Source: an uncultured virus (IMG/VR IMGVR_UViG_3300000301_000027) (Duplodnaviria; Heunggongvirae; Uroviricota; Caudoviricetes; Crassvirales). Taken from it: a stretch of DNA of 64,000 nt. The translations under genes and the position numbers were made by a program. The notes below the pieces were generated by a model. The model did not search any database, was not told the origin of the DNA, and saw only the letters and a list, made by a program, of their open reading frames with translations. This document shows positions 41,829 through 51,864 of this stretch, in pieces. Numbering within the stretch: the first letter of the stretch is position 1; each line of letters starts with the position of its first letter. The stretch lies in the IMG/VR virus record IMGVR_UViG_3300000301_000027, one strand, 5' to 3'.

Positions 41829-44800
41829 TATATAGAATATTTAACATTAATATCATGTAATATAACTTTCCTATTATTATCATTCTTTAATCCTAATTTA
41901 ATAAATTGCCATCCATTTCTCATTCTGATTAAAGATTTTGAATGTCTAGGAATAGGTGTTCTCCATATTCTAAATCTTTCTCTTAAATTATTACCAAATA
42001 TTAATGGAACTTCTTCTGAATTTTGTCTCTCATTCCAAGAATGTATATAATTATATGTTTCATTATACACATCTTTATTCCATTTACTATTTTCTAAAGA
42101 ATAACATTCAGATCTAAATTCTATATTATCATATGTTTTATCTAAATCATAATTCTCATTAGATATAATAGTAATAGAACTATCTTTTAATTCTCCATAA
42201 AAACTATTATAGTCTCCTTCAAATTGAAGATATAAATGTTCTATATTATTTACTATATGATCTGTTAAGAAAGTATCTTTATAATTAATAAATATATTTG
42301 GTGTAATATCCATAAATTCAGTAAAAGCATTAGCAGCTTCACTAAATATTAATGATTCTGTATTTTTAAAATTAAAATATATTTCATCATTATTATTATG
42401 AAAGAAAGAATTAAAATCTTGAGATAAATCTATATTAGACATATAAGAGTGGAATCCATAATTAGTAGAGATATCTTGCATTCCTTCTCCTGTAATCTTG
42501 TTAATAGAACTATTAGTATCATCTATATAATAAATTCCAGTATTAGAAGAACATACACTCCACTTATTAGTAGTTCCAGATTTAGTTGTAATATATCTTT
42601 TATCTGATAAGAATTGTCCTGTTCCTAATTCAATAGGTACTCCATCTGAAGGAGTTAATTGGACTCTAGGATTAATAATAAGATAACTTACAGCAGTATC
42701 TTGAAATCCATACATGAAACTATTAAATTCTTGTAGTTTTCTAATTTCACCATATTGACCATCAAGATCTATAAATTCATTTTGAAGAATATTAGTAGCA
42801 TTATCTATTTTAGATCCTAATGTTTTAGTACTACTAGCAATTATCTTATTGGGAAAATTAGTTTGCACATCTACATCTGAAGGTATTTGAGAATAAGTGA
42901 ACAAATCATTTAACTGGTTATACACTTCATTAAATTTATAATATTGTTCAGGTTGTGTATATTTAATATCAGTTAATTTATCAGAATTATCTATTCTTCT
43001 ATCTAAATCTATAGTAGATTCTACCATAAATGATAACACTTCTGCAACTCCATTTGTAGCTTGTGTATCTGTAATATATGATTTTAAAAGATTAAATCTT
43101 TGTAAATAAATATCTCCTTGATCAGCAATAATATCAACAGGTTTCTGTATAGTACTAGAATATTCTATAGGAACTTCTTTACTACATACTATATATAGAT
43201 TATTGTTATTATCTGTTTCTCCATATTGTCCAGATTCTCCAGTTATCTTTCTACTAAGTTCTATTATAGGAAATTCTTTAGTAGTCCAATTATAGGTTCC
43301 TTTTTCTCCATGCTCTATATCAGAAATAGGAGCATACTTAATATCATTATAGGCTGTAAATACATCATCTATTGCTTTATCTGTATTACTTTGGAAATGA
43401 TAATAAGGTTGAACATTATCATATTCAGGTAATTCTGCTACAGCAGGAAAAACTATATGTTGAGATGTTTTACCATGATATGTTAAAGTTTTAGTAGCAT
43501 CTCTATCAGTATAATGAAGATCTATATCTGAATTATATTTTATAGATTTACCTATATTCTTCATAAATAAATCAACAGTGCCATTATTAGCTCCTCCATA
43601 CTGTTTTTCACTATCAGTTCTCAATAAAGTATATTTATCTGAAGAATCTTTTTTAATAGGATCAAATCCATAATAAGCTCTAAAATAAGAAATTTTATGA
43701 TTATTAGTAGGGCTATCATAAGTAAAAATCAATCCTTCTCCATTACTAAGATAGCCAGGTCTAAGATAAGTTAAAATTCTATCTTCATACCCTGGAATAC
43801 TAGCACTAACAGTTACATTCTTATTATTAGTAGTGTCTAATGTTGTGGAAGATGATAATGTCCATCTATTAGTTGTTATTCCAACCAATTTAACTTCACA
43901 AGAGTTTAAATCTAATTTGGGTTGATCTGGAAAAGATATTTCAGGAGACCACATATTTACAATACTACTATCTCCATAAACACAATAGTTAGGATCAGTA
44001 GTATTTGCTATAATACTTACAGGATTATAAAAAGTTGAATCTTTTGCATCAAATTCTATATTATCATATACATAACTATCAGGTTGACCTAAAGGTCCTA
44101 CAGTTAAATCTGCTTTTCCACATAAAGGTTGAAACACTCCTTTAGCTGGAAATATTGCATGTGTAGGCATTTTACTAGAAGTAGCTACTGTCTTTTTATC
44201 AGGACTATTAATTCCCATATTTCTAGTTAAATAATCAGGCATAGCCCAAAAACCAGTATCTCTTTGAGTTCTTTGAAAGATGGTGGGAGTTAATATCCCC
44301 TGAGATAGTATACTAGAATTTGAAGTATCTCTTTTTACTCTAACTATTCTAGCTCTAACAATACCAAAGTCTTGTACTAGTATTCTACATAAACTTATAG
44401 GAATTGTAAAAGTTACTCTAGAATAATTAGCAGATATGTTAACATTTAATCCATTTTCAATTTCATTAAAAGGAGCTTCTGTGTAAGACTCTAATCCACC
44501 TCTAGGATTAGATTTGATATTATCTTTTCCTCTAGGTATATAAACATCTTTTAGATATATTACTTCTAACCATTGTCCATATTTATCACAAAATTGTATT
44601 CCAAATCTATAAGTTTCCCCTCTTTTAAAAGAAGTTTTAATTTTTCCTTTTTGATCATTTTGATATGGATTATATTTTAAACTGGATTGTATATTACCTT
44701 TCCATGTTTCATTAGCAGCAACTGAAGTGCTATTAACATCTTGAGTGAAATTTTGTTGTTCAGCAGGTAATATTGTATAAGTATCTATAATTTGAGTTTC

Positions 44801-45955
44801 AGCCCCTATACTATATTTAATAAAGTTTGGACTGGCATTAATTAAATCATTATCACTACTTTTATAAGTTCTACTAGTTTTATCAAAATCTAGTTCTTCT
44901 GCTCCTTGAAAATTATATTTACCATTAGGATCTATTAAATCTTGTAGATTATTATGTTCTTCTTTATAATTAGCAAATATTAATCTGTTTGAATGTTGAG
45001 CAATACAATTAGGAATTAAAAAATCTGATCCTAAAAAAGATAATTGTTCTAATGACACATCTTCTAGTGATACTAAACCATTATCTTTATAATTCAATAC
45101 TAGATTTCCTGTAGGAACTTTAGTATTTCCATCTTTAATATATTCATCCTCTAATTTACCATCATATATAAGGCTAATCTTAGGAAGACTATTATATTCA
45201 GTTCTATGTATTCTATATAATTTTATATTAGAAAATCCTTGTTTAGGAATTCCTCCTACTGTTATATCAAAAGCTACAGGAACATTAGTATCTTTTTCAT
45301 ATCCTTTACCTGTACTAGTAATAGCATATAATTCACTTAAACCACTAAGTTTAGATTGAGCTCCATATTTTCTATATAAATTATAACCATATTGAATCAT
45401 TCCTGCTTTAAATAAACCTCCAGTAGTTTGGCTAACTTCAATATTACCATAGCCAATTTCAGGAACAAAATCTATAACACTAATATCATTCTCAGCTCCA
45501 TCTGCTATATTTACATATCTAGGTTGATTTAAACCATCTATCCAATATACTTTTATAATAGAATCAGATTCATACCATCCTATAGTTTCTATCTTATGTT
45601 GAATATTAAAATTCATATTTCCTTCTAAGATAGTAATCATTTGATTAGTTTCTGTATCTATTCTATAAATTCTATCAATAACTGGATTCTCTTGATGTGT
45701 AAATAATACTATATAGTTTTTAACTTCACAATGTCCTAATATGATTCCTTTAATTGCTAAAGTATTTCCTTTGTCATCTGTTACAATATATTCTTTATTA
45801 CCTTTCTCATTAGTTACAGCAAAAGTAGTTTGACTGTCTGTAGCTAATAGTCTGGCATTTCTTATCTCATAAGCATATTCATTGCTAAACTTAGATTTTG
45901 AGATATCTTGATTAATTCCCTTAATCAAATGTTTTTCAATCTTAGGTATTCCCAT
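41828..45955 (-). CDS. tail stabilisation/muzzle protein (P22 gp10-like)
   Basis: 1375 aa; KGINQDISK, TNEKGN, VYWIDGLNQPR, SFKRGETYRFGI, LDGQYGEI. Size and position are typical of crAss-like phages. Confidence 0.75.
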   Translation of the reverse strand: MGIPKIEKHLIKGINQDISKSKFSNEYAYEIRNARLLATDSQTTFAVTNEKGNKEYIVTDDKGNTLAIKGIILGHCEVKNYIVLFTHQENPVIDRIYRIDTETNQMITILEGNMNFNIQHKIETIGWYESDSIIKVYWIDGLNQPRYVNIADGAENDISVIDFVPEIGYGNIEVSQTTGGLFKAGMIQYGYNLYRKYGAQSKLSGLSELYAITSTGKGYEKDTNVPVAFDITVGGIPKQGFSNIKLYRIHRTEYNSLPKISLIYDGKLEDEYIKDGNTKVPTGNLVLNYKDNGLVSLEDVSLEQLSFLGSDFLIPNCIAQHSNRLIFANYKEEHNNLQDLIDPNGKYNFQGAEELDFDKTSRTYKSSDNDLINASPNFIKYSIGAETQIIDTYTILPAEQQNFTQDVNSTSVAANETWKGNIQSSLKYNPYQNDQKGKIKTSFKRGETYRFGIQFCDKYGQWLEVIYLKDVYIPRGKDNIKSNPRGGLESYTEAPFNEIENGLNVNISANYSRVTFTIPISLCRILVQDFGIVRARIVRVKRDTSNSSILSQGILTPTIFQRTQRDTGFWAMPDYLTRNMGINSPDKKTVATSSKMPTHAIFPAKGVFQPLCGKADLTVGPLGQPDSYVYDNIEFDAKDSTFYNPVSIIANTTDPNYCVYGDSSIVNMWSPEISFPDQPKLDLNSCEVKLVGITTNRWTLSSSTTLDTTNNKNVTVSASIPGYEDRILTYLRPGYLSNGEGLIFTYDSPTNNHKISYFRAYYGFDPIKKDSSDKYTLLRTDSEKQYGGANNGTVDLFMKNIGKSIKYNSDIDLHYTDRDATKTLTYHGKTSQHIVFPAVAELPEYDNVQPYYHFQSNTDKAIDDVFTAYNDIKYAPISDIEHGEKGTYNWTTKEFPIIELSRKITGESGQYGETDNNNNLYIVCSKEVPIEYSSTIQKPVDIIADQGDIYLQRFNLLKSYITDTQATNGVAEVLSFMVESTIDLDRRIDNSDKLTDIKYTQPEQYYKFNEVYNQLNDLFTYSQIPSDVDVQTNFPNKIIASSTKTLGSKIDNATNILQNEFIDLDGQYGEIRKLQEFNSFMYGFQDTAVSYLIINPRVQLTPSDGVPIELGTGQFLSDKRYITTKSGTTNKWSVCSSNTGIYYIDDTNSSINKITGEGMQDISTNYGFHSYMSNIDLSQDFNSFFHNNNDEIYFNFKNTESLIFSEAANAFTEFMDITPNIFINYKDTFLTDHIVNNIEHLYLQFEGDYNSFYGELKDSSITIISNENYDLDKTYDNIEFRSECYSLENSKWNKDVYNETYNYIHSWNERQNSEEVPLIFGNNLRERFRIWRTPIPRHSKSLIRMRNGWQFIKLGLKNDNNRKVILHDINVKYSI

Positions 45956-45956
45956 A

Positions 45957-46667
45957 TTATTGTGTTCTTAAATATTCCTTACTTCCTAATGATGCATAAT
46001 ATTTATCATGTTGTTTTAAATCAGGAATAAGTCTATTAACTATATTTGTAAAGTTTTCTGCTTCATCTAATGACATTTGATGTAATTGAGTACTAGCTCT
46101 ACCAATAGACCAAGCATATCTTTGTTCTACCATTTGAAGTACTTGATAAGGCATTCTCATATTTTCTACTAGTATAGTATAATATTGAACTTTAATATAA
46201 TCAATTAAAGCTCTCATGATAGCAAAGTTTTCAGGAACCATAGGCATTCCATCTTCATCTACTACTATACCTCTATATGCCATTTCAACAAATCCATTTC
46301 TAAAGGAAGTATAAATCATTCCATTATTAATTGTATAAGTTAAATCAGATGGACCTTCTTGATAACAATATTGTTTTCCTGTAGGATGAAATGTATCTGT
46401 AGATCTTCTCATTGGAATGAAAGCTTTATCATTATTATGATGCCTCATTCTTAATTGTACTTCTTTAACAAAATTACAAGGTAATTTACCCATGTAATCT
46501 TTTATTTCTATATCTGATTCTGTTTTATAATCTCTAAGTAATTTTGGAGAGTTTAATATCTGAAAGAAATCAGTAACATAAATTACTACTGCTTCATAAT
46601 TTAAATCAGCCATTATATTATTACTTTTAAGTCTATCTAACAGTTCAATCAATTTTACATATCTCAT
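45957..46667 (-). CDS. tail tubular/ring protein
   Basis: IEIKDYMGKLPC, TYTINNGMIYTSF..G.VEMAY..I.VDEDGMPMVP; called with position. Confidence 0.7.
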   Translation of the reverse strand: MRYVKLIELLDRLKSNNIMADLNYEAVVIYVTDFFQILNSPKLLRDYKTESDIEIKDYMGKLPCNFVKEVQLRMRHHNNDKAFIPMRRSTDTFHPTGKQYCYQEGPSDLTYTINNGMIYTSFRNGFVEMAYRGIVVDEDGMPMVPENFAIMRALIDYIKVQYYTILVENMRMPYQVLQMVEQRYAWSIGRASTQLHQMSLDEAENFTNIVNRLIPDLKQHDKYYASLGSKEYLRTQ

Positions 46668-47172
46668 ATTTTTCTTGTTCTAATGCATCTATTTTATGCT
46701 CTCTAATGTTTTTAGAAAATTGTCTAGACATTATTCTAGCAGGTTTATATTTCAAAAATCTTAGTTTATCATATCTATTAGCAATATCTGAAACAGTATA
46801 TCTTATCTGATACATATAACCATCAGAATGTTGATTTAACAGATAAATAACTTGTTTATTCTCTTTAGCTTCTGGATCAGATTCCCATAATTCTTTAGTA
46901 GCTTTATAATTTATAGGAAGATTATTAACTAATTCTCCTCCTTCAAATTTAGGACTTTTAAAATATTTCCTAATTCTTATTTGTCCTAATCTATAAGGAA
47001 ACTTTATATCCATAGCTTTTTCAGAAATAAGGAAAGAATATTGTTCCATAATAAAATCTAAAATTTCTTTATATTTTTTATATGGAATTTTTTTACAATT
47101 CTTACAATAATATTGCCAATAATCTTTACAACTATATGAATTCTTAAATTTATGTTCTCTTTGTTCACTCAT
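46645..47172 (-). CDS. IHF/HU-like basic DNA-binding protein of the crAss structural block
   Basis: IKFPYRLGQIRIRK, INYKATKELW; basic; lies between the ring genes. Confidence 0.6.
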   Translation of the reverse strand: MSEQREHKFKNSYSCKDYWQYYCKNCKKIPYKKYKEILDFIMEQYSFLISEKAMDIKFPYRLGQIRIRKYFKSPKFEGGELVNNLPINYKATKELWESDPEAKENKQVIYLLNQHSDGYMYQIRYTVSDIANRYDKLRFLKYKPARIMSRQFSKNIREHKIDALEQEKYEICKID

Positions 47173-47174
47173 AA

Positions 47175-47858
47175 TTATACTCTAGATCTTTGATCTTCAA
47201 TTCCTTCTCCATCATTAATAACATCTTTAGGTCTTTGTATTCTAGTAAGTTCTTCTAATGTTAATTTAATAATAGGATCTACCATAGAATTATTAATAGG
47301 AAATTCTTCTTCATAGTAATCTCCTTCATTTCCATTAGCAAAATATACTTGAGAAGGATCAGAAAAAACTCCAAATATTAAAACTTTAGTTAGATTAGTA
47401 AAAGATGAATTAAAAGATTTTAGATATAATCTTTCATTTCCTAATGCTACATATAATAAATCTTTTGTCCATCTATTAGATCCAACAGTAGGCAATCTTT
47501 CAAATGTAACTAAATTAAAAGGAATTGCTGTGTAATCTGTACTCATTATAATAGTAGTAGCTACTCCAGCTTCTTGTGCAAAATCTACCATTTCAGGTAT
47601 TTTATCTACTGATCTTAATAGCACTTCTGAATATTTTAGATCAGGAACAACTCTAATTTTTTCTAAAGGAACATTTAATGTTTGATAACAAGACCTAGGT
47701 ACAGATTTTCTAGCATCTTTGTAGTGTTGCTTTAGAAGAAAAGCTCTTTTATCTATTAAAACATTATAAATATATTCTTCAGAAAAATCTTGAATAGAAT
47801 CATCTGAATTAATAGATAAGAACTGTAATACTCTAAATATTAGTTCTCTTGTTTTCAT
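47175..47858 (-). CDS. tail ring/structural protein
   Basis: SDDS near the N-terminus, YQTLNVPLE, LRSVDKIP, GVFSDP, FPIN; called with position. Confidence 0.6.
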   Translation of the reverse strand: MKTRELIFRVLQFLSINSDDSIQDFSEEYIYNVLIDKRAFLLKQHYKDARKSVPRSCYQTLNVPLEKIRVVPDLKYSEVLLRSVDKIPEMVDFAQEAGVATTIIMSTDYTAIPFNLVTFERLPTVGSNRWTKDLLYVALGNERLYLKSFNSSFTNLTKVLIFGVFSDPSQVYFANGNEGDYYEEEFPINNSMVDPIIKLTLEELTRIQRPKDVINDGEGIEDQRSRV

Positions 47859-47881
47859 TCTATTTTATTTAAATTAATTTA

Positions 47882-47913
47882 CAAAGATACAACATTTTAT
47901 AGCTTTTTCCAAA
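47882..47913 (-). promoter_or_regulatory. Bacteroidota-type promoter for the tail genes
   Basis: TTTG at 47913-47910, 20 nt spacer, TATCTTTG at 47889-47882. Confidence 0.75.
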
Positions 47914-48523
47914 CTTTATTTTTAAATACATAATCTGTTGCTCCTGTAATTTTAGCATTAGGATTTCTATTTACATATGTAGTTCTAAATCCTTTTGTTC
48001 CATACTTGATAAATAAGAATTTCTTAGGAATATTTTCTAATATTTGATCTATAGTATCTCTAGATTGATATTCTATTTTATATTGTTTTCCTAAATCTAT
48101 AACATCTAAATCTAAATATGGAGATTTATATGTTGCTTTTATTGTTTTTATGATTGTATCTTTAAGATATAAGGTGTCTATTACCTTATTTAAGAGGAGA
48201 TTTTGATTCTCTTGGGTAATTGTTTGATTAACTTTTAAAAGTCTCTTATATTTAATATTTAGAGCCTCTATTTGTTTTTTAGAATCATCATTAATATTTT
48301 TATATTCATTAGTAGTTACTATCAAAGATTTAATAGTAGCTGCATTAAGAGAATCTTTAGTTTTAAAATTAACTATTTCTGTAGTGAGAGCTTCTTGATT
48401 ATGAGATAATCTTTCTATATTAGCTTTCTGTTTTTTAATATATTTAGCTTGAAAACTAATAGTACATATTAAACCTAGGAGTACTATAAATACTCCTAAG
48501 TATAATTTCCATTTTATATTCAT
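47897..48523 (-). CDS. membrane-anchored coiled-coil protein, probable spanin/Rz-like lysis accessory
   Basis: N-terminal TM segment (LYLGVFIVLLGLICTISF) followed by a coiled coil; downstream of the endolysin. Confidence 0.55.
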   Translation of the reverse strand: MNIKWKLYLGVFIVLLGLICTISFQAKYIKKQKANIERLSHNQEALTTEIVNFKTKDSLNAATIKSLIVTTNEYKNINDDSKKQIEALNIKYKRLLKVNQTITQENQNLLLNKVIDTLYLKDTIIKTIKATYKSPYLDLDVIDLGKQYKIEYQSRDTIDQILENIPKKFLFIKYGTKGFRTTYVNRNPNAKITGATDYVFKNKVWKKL

Positions 48524-49248
48524 ATTCTATTTTCTTTAATTTCTTTTATTGTCTTTCCTAATATCTTCATTTCTTCAAATGAAAAATTATTTCCTCTTGC
48601 TATATTACAAGTATAACAACAAGGAACCACATTATCATAAGTATGTCCTTTATTATTGTCTATTCTATCACATCCCAAATTATTAGTATCTCCACAATAA
48701 ATACATTTACTTTTTAAAATGTTTTCTATAAACCATTCTCTATCTAAATTGAATTGTAAATCTTTTTTCCAGTCTTTTAGTTTATAAGAAGATAACATTT
48801 TAGAAGCTTTCTTCTTTAAATCTGCTTCTTTAAGTTCTTTTGGATTCATCAAATTTCTTTTTGAAAGTCTCTTTTTTCCAAATAAAATTTCTTCTATAGT
48901 ATAGTTTTTGTTGTTATGATACCTAGTCCTTATTCCCACAACACTTTTTTCTAAAATATCTGCCCATTCTTGAATTGTGTGAGTTTCATTATTATAAGTT
49001 ATTTTTATAATATTATTTTTTAAAGTAGCAACTTCTTCTTCTGGGAGGAATATGAAATTATTTTTTGAAAAAGGTTTTGTTTTATCTTTTCTAACTAATC
49101 TATAATTAGGAATATAATATTGGATAGTATCATTAAAGAAATTATTATAATATTTCCATTCTTCACTAAAGCCTATTTTTTGTCCTTTAGCAGTATATCT
49201 AAAACCTCTCCAAATATTAAAAAGAGGATGTTTTCTTATAGCTTCCAT
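48520..49248 (-). CDS. free-standing HNH/His-Me-finger homing endonuclease-like protein
   Basis: HPLFNIWRG, ITYNNETHTIQEWA, CIYCG..DRIDNNKGHTYDNVVPCCYTCN. Confidence 0.8.
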   Translation of the reverse strand: MEAIRKHPLFNIWRGFRYTAKGQKIGFSEEWKYYNNFFNDTIQYYIPNYRLVRKDKTKPFSKNNFIFLPEEEVATLKNNIIKITYNNETHTIQEWADILEKSVVGIRTRYHNNKNYTIEEILFGKKRLSKRNLMNPKELKEADLKKKASKMLSSYKLKDWKKDLQFNLDREWFIENILKSKCIYCGDTNNLGCDRIDNNKGHTYDNVVPCCYTCNIARGNNFSFEEMKILGKTIKEIKENRI

Positions 49249-49703
49249 TACTCTATAGTGATTGTAATTTGATCTGCAGAAGATTTTAATTTATGATATA
49301 AATCTTTAAATGTGTTTGTGCTATTACAAATATGTCCATCTTTATCTTTTATACCAACTAGAATGCACCCAAGAGAATCAGTAATAGGATCATTTCCTAC
49401 ATGTATTAAAACACCTTCAAATCCAGGAACATCTAATAGTCTAGGAAGTTTACCTTCACAGAAAGTTGCCCATGATCTGTTTTTAAATTTAGGACTTACT
49501 ACATCTAAAGTGATTTGATAAGTTCCTTTAGGAACAGCAGTTTCTCCATATACTTTTTTAGATTGAATTTCTGTAATAGACATTTCATTAGTTAAACCCC
49601 TATCAGTATCTTCAATTACATCACATTGATATATACCATCAATATATAACTTACCTTCACAATAGTTATCTTGATTATTTATTCTTTTTAAAACTAACTT
49701 CAT
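49248..49703 (-). CDS. probable endolysin (DUF5675-like, Bacteroidota phage type)
   Basis: LKRI..YCEGKLYIDG, EDTDRGL, KVYGETAVPKGTY, PRLLDVPGFEGVLIHVGN, DSLGCILVG. Confidence 0.75.
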   Translation of the reverse strand: MKLVLKRINNQDNYCEGKLYIDGIYQCDVIEDTDRGLTNEMSITEIQSKKVYGETAVPKGTYQITLDVVSPKFKNRSWATFCEGKLPRLLDVPGFEGVLIHVGNDPITDSLGCILVGIKDKDGHICNSTNTFKDLYHKLKSSADQITITIE

Positions 49704-49720
49704 AACTTAAAAATTTATAT

Positions 49721-49758
49721 AAAACAAAAAATGCCCCCTATCAATTAAGATAGAGGGC
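49721..49758 (-). terminator. intrinsic terminator
   Basis: GCCCTCTATC-TTAATT-GATAGGGGGC then ATTTTTTGTTTT. Confidence 0.85.
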
Positions 49759-49782
49759 TCATTAAACAAAATCCAAGAACAA

Positions 49783-50376
49783 TTACCTGAATAGTTTATG
49801 TTTTTCTGCCATAGTTCCATATAGATATGTCAAGAAAATGAAATATGCCTTAGCTTCAGGATATGGAAAAGAATCATCAGTTAAAGATTTATATGTATTA
49901 TAAGCAAGTTCATTAATAGACTTACCCTCATATTTTTCTTTAGCTTTCTTCTTATTCATAATAAAATTAAAATCATACTTATTTACAGAAGAGAATTCTC
50001 CAGTAAAATGTAGATTATTATTTTTCCTAGCTCTTTCAGTTTCTTCAACTGACCAAGGCTCATCATCTTCAAAATCTAATAGAAGCAGACCACATTCAAG
50101 CATTTCTTTATTTAAATGATATCCATGTTCTTTAACATGTTCCATCATTCTAATATCACAATATTCTTTTTCTTTACCACTTTTCTCAGAAAATCTATTA
50201 TGCATAGATTCTTGTTCAAATGGTTTATTAGAATATCTTCTGGACATGTTCATATCATCATTATAGTTTTTCATATTCTTGAAGCCTTTGTTTTCAAAGT
50301 CTTGTCTGAACTGATCACTAAACATATCTGAATCATATCCAGAGGTTCCAAATAGTTTACTCATTAAATGTCTCAT
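49783..50376 (-). CDS. hypothetical protein, cassette gene 4
   Basis: Low-complexity N-terminus, then a helical domain HGYHLN..EPWSVEET..NKYDFNFIMN..LTDDS..AKAYF. Confidence 0.75.
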   Translation of the reverse strand: MRHLMSKLFGTSGYDSDMFSDQFRQDFENKGFKNMKNYNDDMNMSRRYSNKPFEQESMHNRFSEKSGKEKEYCDIRMMEHVKEHGYHLNKEMLECGLLLLDFEDDEPWSVEETERARKNNNLHFTGEFSSVNKYDFNFIMNKKKAKEKYEGKSINELAYNTYKSLTDDSFPYPEAKAYFIFLTYLYGTMAEKHKLFR

Positions 50377-50759
50377 AACTGATCTGTTTTAACTTGTTCA
50401 TTTTTAGCATTATTAAATAAGGTTTTTAGAGATTCTAGATCAGATCTTTCAATCTCATATGTTTTATTACTAATTAAGCTTGCTAAACCTTTAGGAACAT
50501 TAGGAAGATCTCCAAGTTTAAATTTAAATCCTCCTGTTTCATCAATTAATTTGAGATATTTATCTAACAGTCTATCAAAGTGTAGATTACCTTCAGAATC
50601 TGCTAGTAAACTAACAAAAGAACCTATTTTGTTTTCAACTATTTCATCTACTATAGGAAGCATTAGTTTAGTACCAAAACTATTTCCTGTTAGTTGAATT
50701 ATAATATTCTTAATCCATCTAGGAGCTACTTGTTTAAAAATTTCTACATCTGATATCAT
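50373..50759 (-). CDS. hypothetical protein, cassette gene 3
   Basis: 128 aa; ATGA overlaps at both ends. Confidence 0.75.
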   Translation of the reverse strand: MISDVEIFKQVAPRWIKNIIIQLTGNSFGTKLMLPIVDEIVENKIGSFVSLLADSEGNLHFDRLLDKYLKLIDETGGFKFKLGDLPNVPKGLASLISNKTYEIERSDLESLKTLFNNAKNEQVKTDQL

Positions 50760-51169
50760 AATTTATTCCTTTCTTTTAACCATTGTTCAAATTCAAATTG
50801 ATGTTTTCTATACTCTTCTAAATCTTCTAATTTTTGCTTATTAATTTCAACTGCTTTAGATTTACAATCTTTAATTACTTTCAATAAATTCTCAGAGATT
50901 ATTCTACCTTCTCTAGTAGAACTAAATTCCTCTTTAAATTTATTAAGAAGAAACAATTGAAAATGCTGATTATAGAGATTATTAGCTTCTACAAATTCAG
51001 GTATTGAATTCATAGTCAACATATCTGATTCAGAAACACTAGATAATTCTACTAAGATTTCTTCAGATACTGATTTAGGCAATTTCTGAATATTATTATT
51101 AGTTAATTGGCCTAATTTTTCTTGTGCTAATTGAGCTTGTTCTGCTAATTGTTCTGCAATACTTTTCAT
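50756..51169 (-). CDS. hypothetical coiled-coil protein, cassette gene 2
   Basis: 137 aa, Q/E/K-rich and helical. Confidence 0.75.
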   Translation of the reverse strand: MKSIAEQLAEQAQLAQEKLGQLTNNNIQKLPKSVSEEILVELSSVSESDMLTMNSIPEFVEANNLYNQHFQLFLLNKFKEEFSSTREGRIISENLLKVIKDCKSKAVEINKQKLEDLEEYRKHQFEFEQWLKERNKL

Positions 51170-51183
51170 AGTAATATAAGATT

Positions 51184-51208
51184 AAAAAGGGGAGAATTTA
51201 ATCTCCCC
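51184..51208 (-). terminator. intrinsic terminator or attenuator after cassette gene 1
   Basis: GGGGAGA-TTAAAT-TCTCCCC then TTTTT. Confidence 0.8.
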
Positions 51209-51214
51209 AATTAA

Positions 51215-51799
51215 TTATGCAGCAGGAGTACTAGAAGAAGTAGCTACTCTAGGGCAACCACATGATCCCCAAGGACCATTAGCTCCTTCATAACCTGTTA
51301 CTACTGGAGTCTCAGGTAATACATTTACTCCATAGATTACACCACAAGTTTTCTTATCAGTATATCTATCTGAATGATTTTGAGCTAATTGGAACTGCAA
51401 TTCCAAAATCTTTTGCTCATAAGGTTTAGCTTGTTCTAAAGCAGCAACCTGTTTTTCAATTTGACAGAACTTGTCATTGAAATAATTATAAATACCAGTT
51501 TTCTCTTGCAAATCTTTGATTCTAGTATCATAGATTGCTCTAGTCAATAAAACATTATCTTCACATTGTTTAGCAGACATATATACTTCAGAAGGAGTAT
51601 ATCCAAATCCACTTACACCAGCAGCACCATATCCTAAAGTGTTATTAGCTATAATAGTTTCTCCACCACCAATACCACCTAAAAGATTACCACCATTTTT
51701 TACTAGTGCCCACAAACCTAGAGCTGTACCTGCTATACCTAATCCAAGACCTGCACCAGCTACTCCCTTAGAAGCAGCATCATCTAAACTTCTTGCCAT
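51215..51799 (-). CDS. Gly-zipper membrane/coiled-coil protein, cassette gene 1
   Basis: ASKGVAGAGLGLGIAGTALGLWAL N-terminus, central coiled coil, C-terminal CGC. Confidence 0.8.
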   Translation of the reverse strand: MARSLDDAASKGVAGAGLGLGIAGTALGLWALVKNGGNLLGGIGGGETIIANNTLGYGAAGVSGFGYTPSEVYMSAKQCEDNVLLTRAIYDTRIKDLQEKTGIYNYFNDKFCQIEKQVAALEQAKPYEQKILELQFQLAQNHSDRYTDKKTCGVIYGVNVLPETPVVTGYEGANGPWGSCGCPRVATSSSTPAA

Positions 51800-51864
51800 T
51801 GTTTTAAAATTTAAGTTGTTAGTTAGTTAGTTTATATTGGAATATTGGCCAATTAATTCCAATA

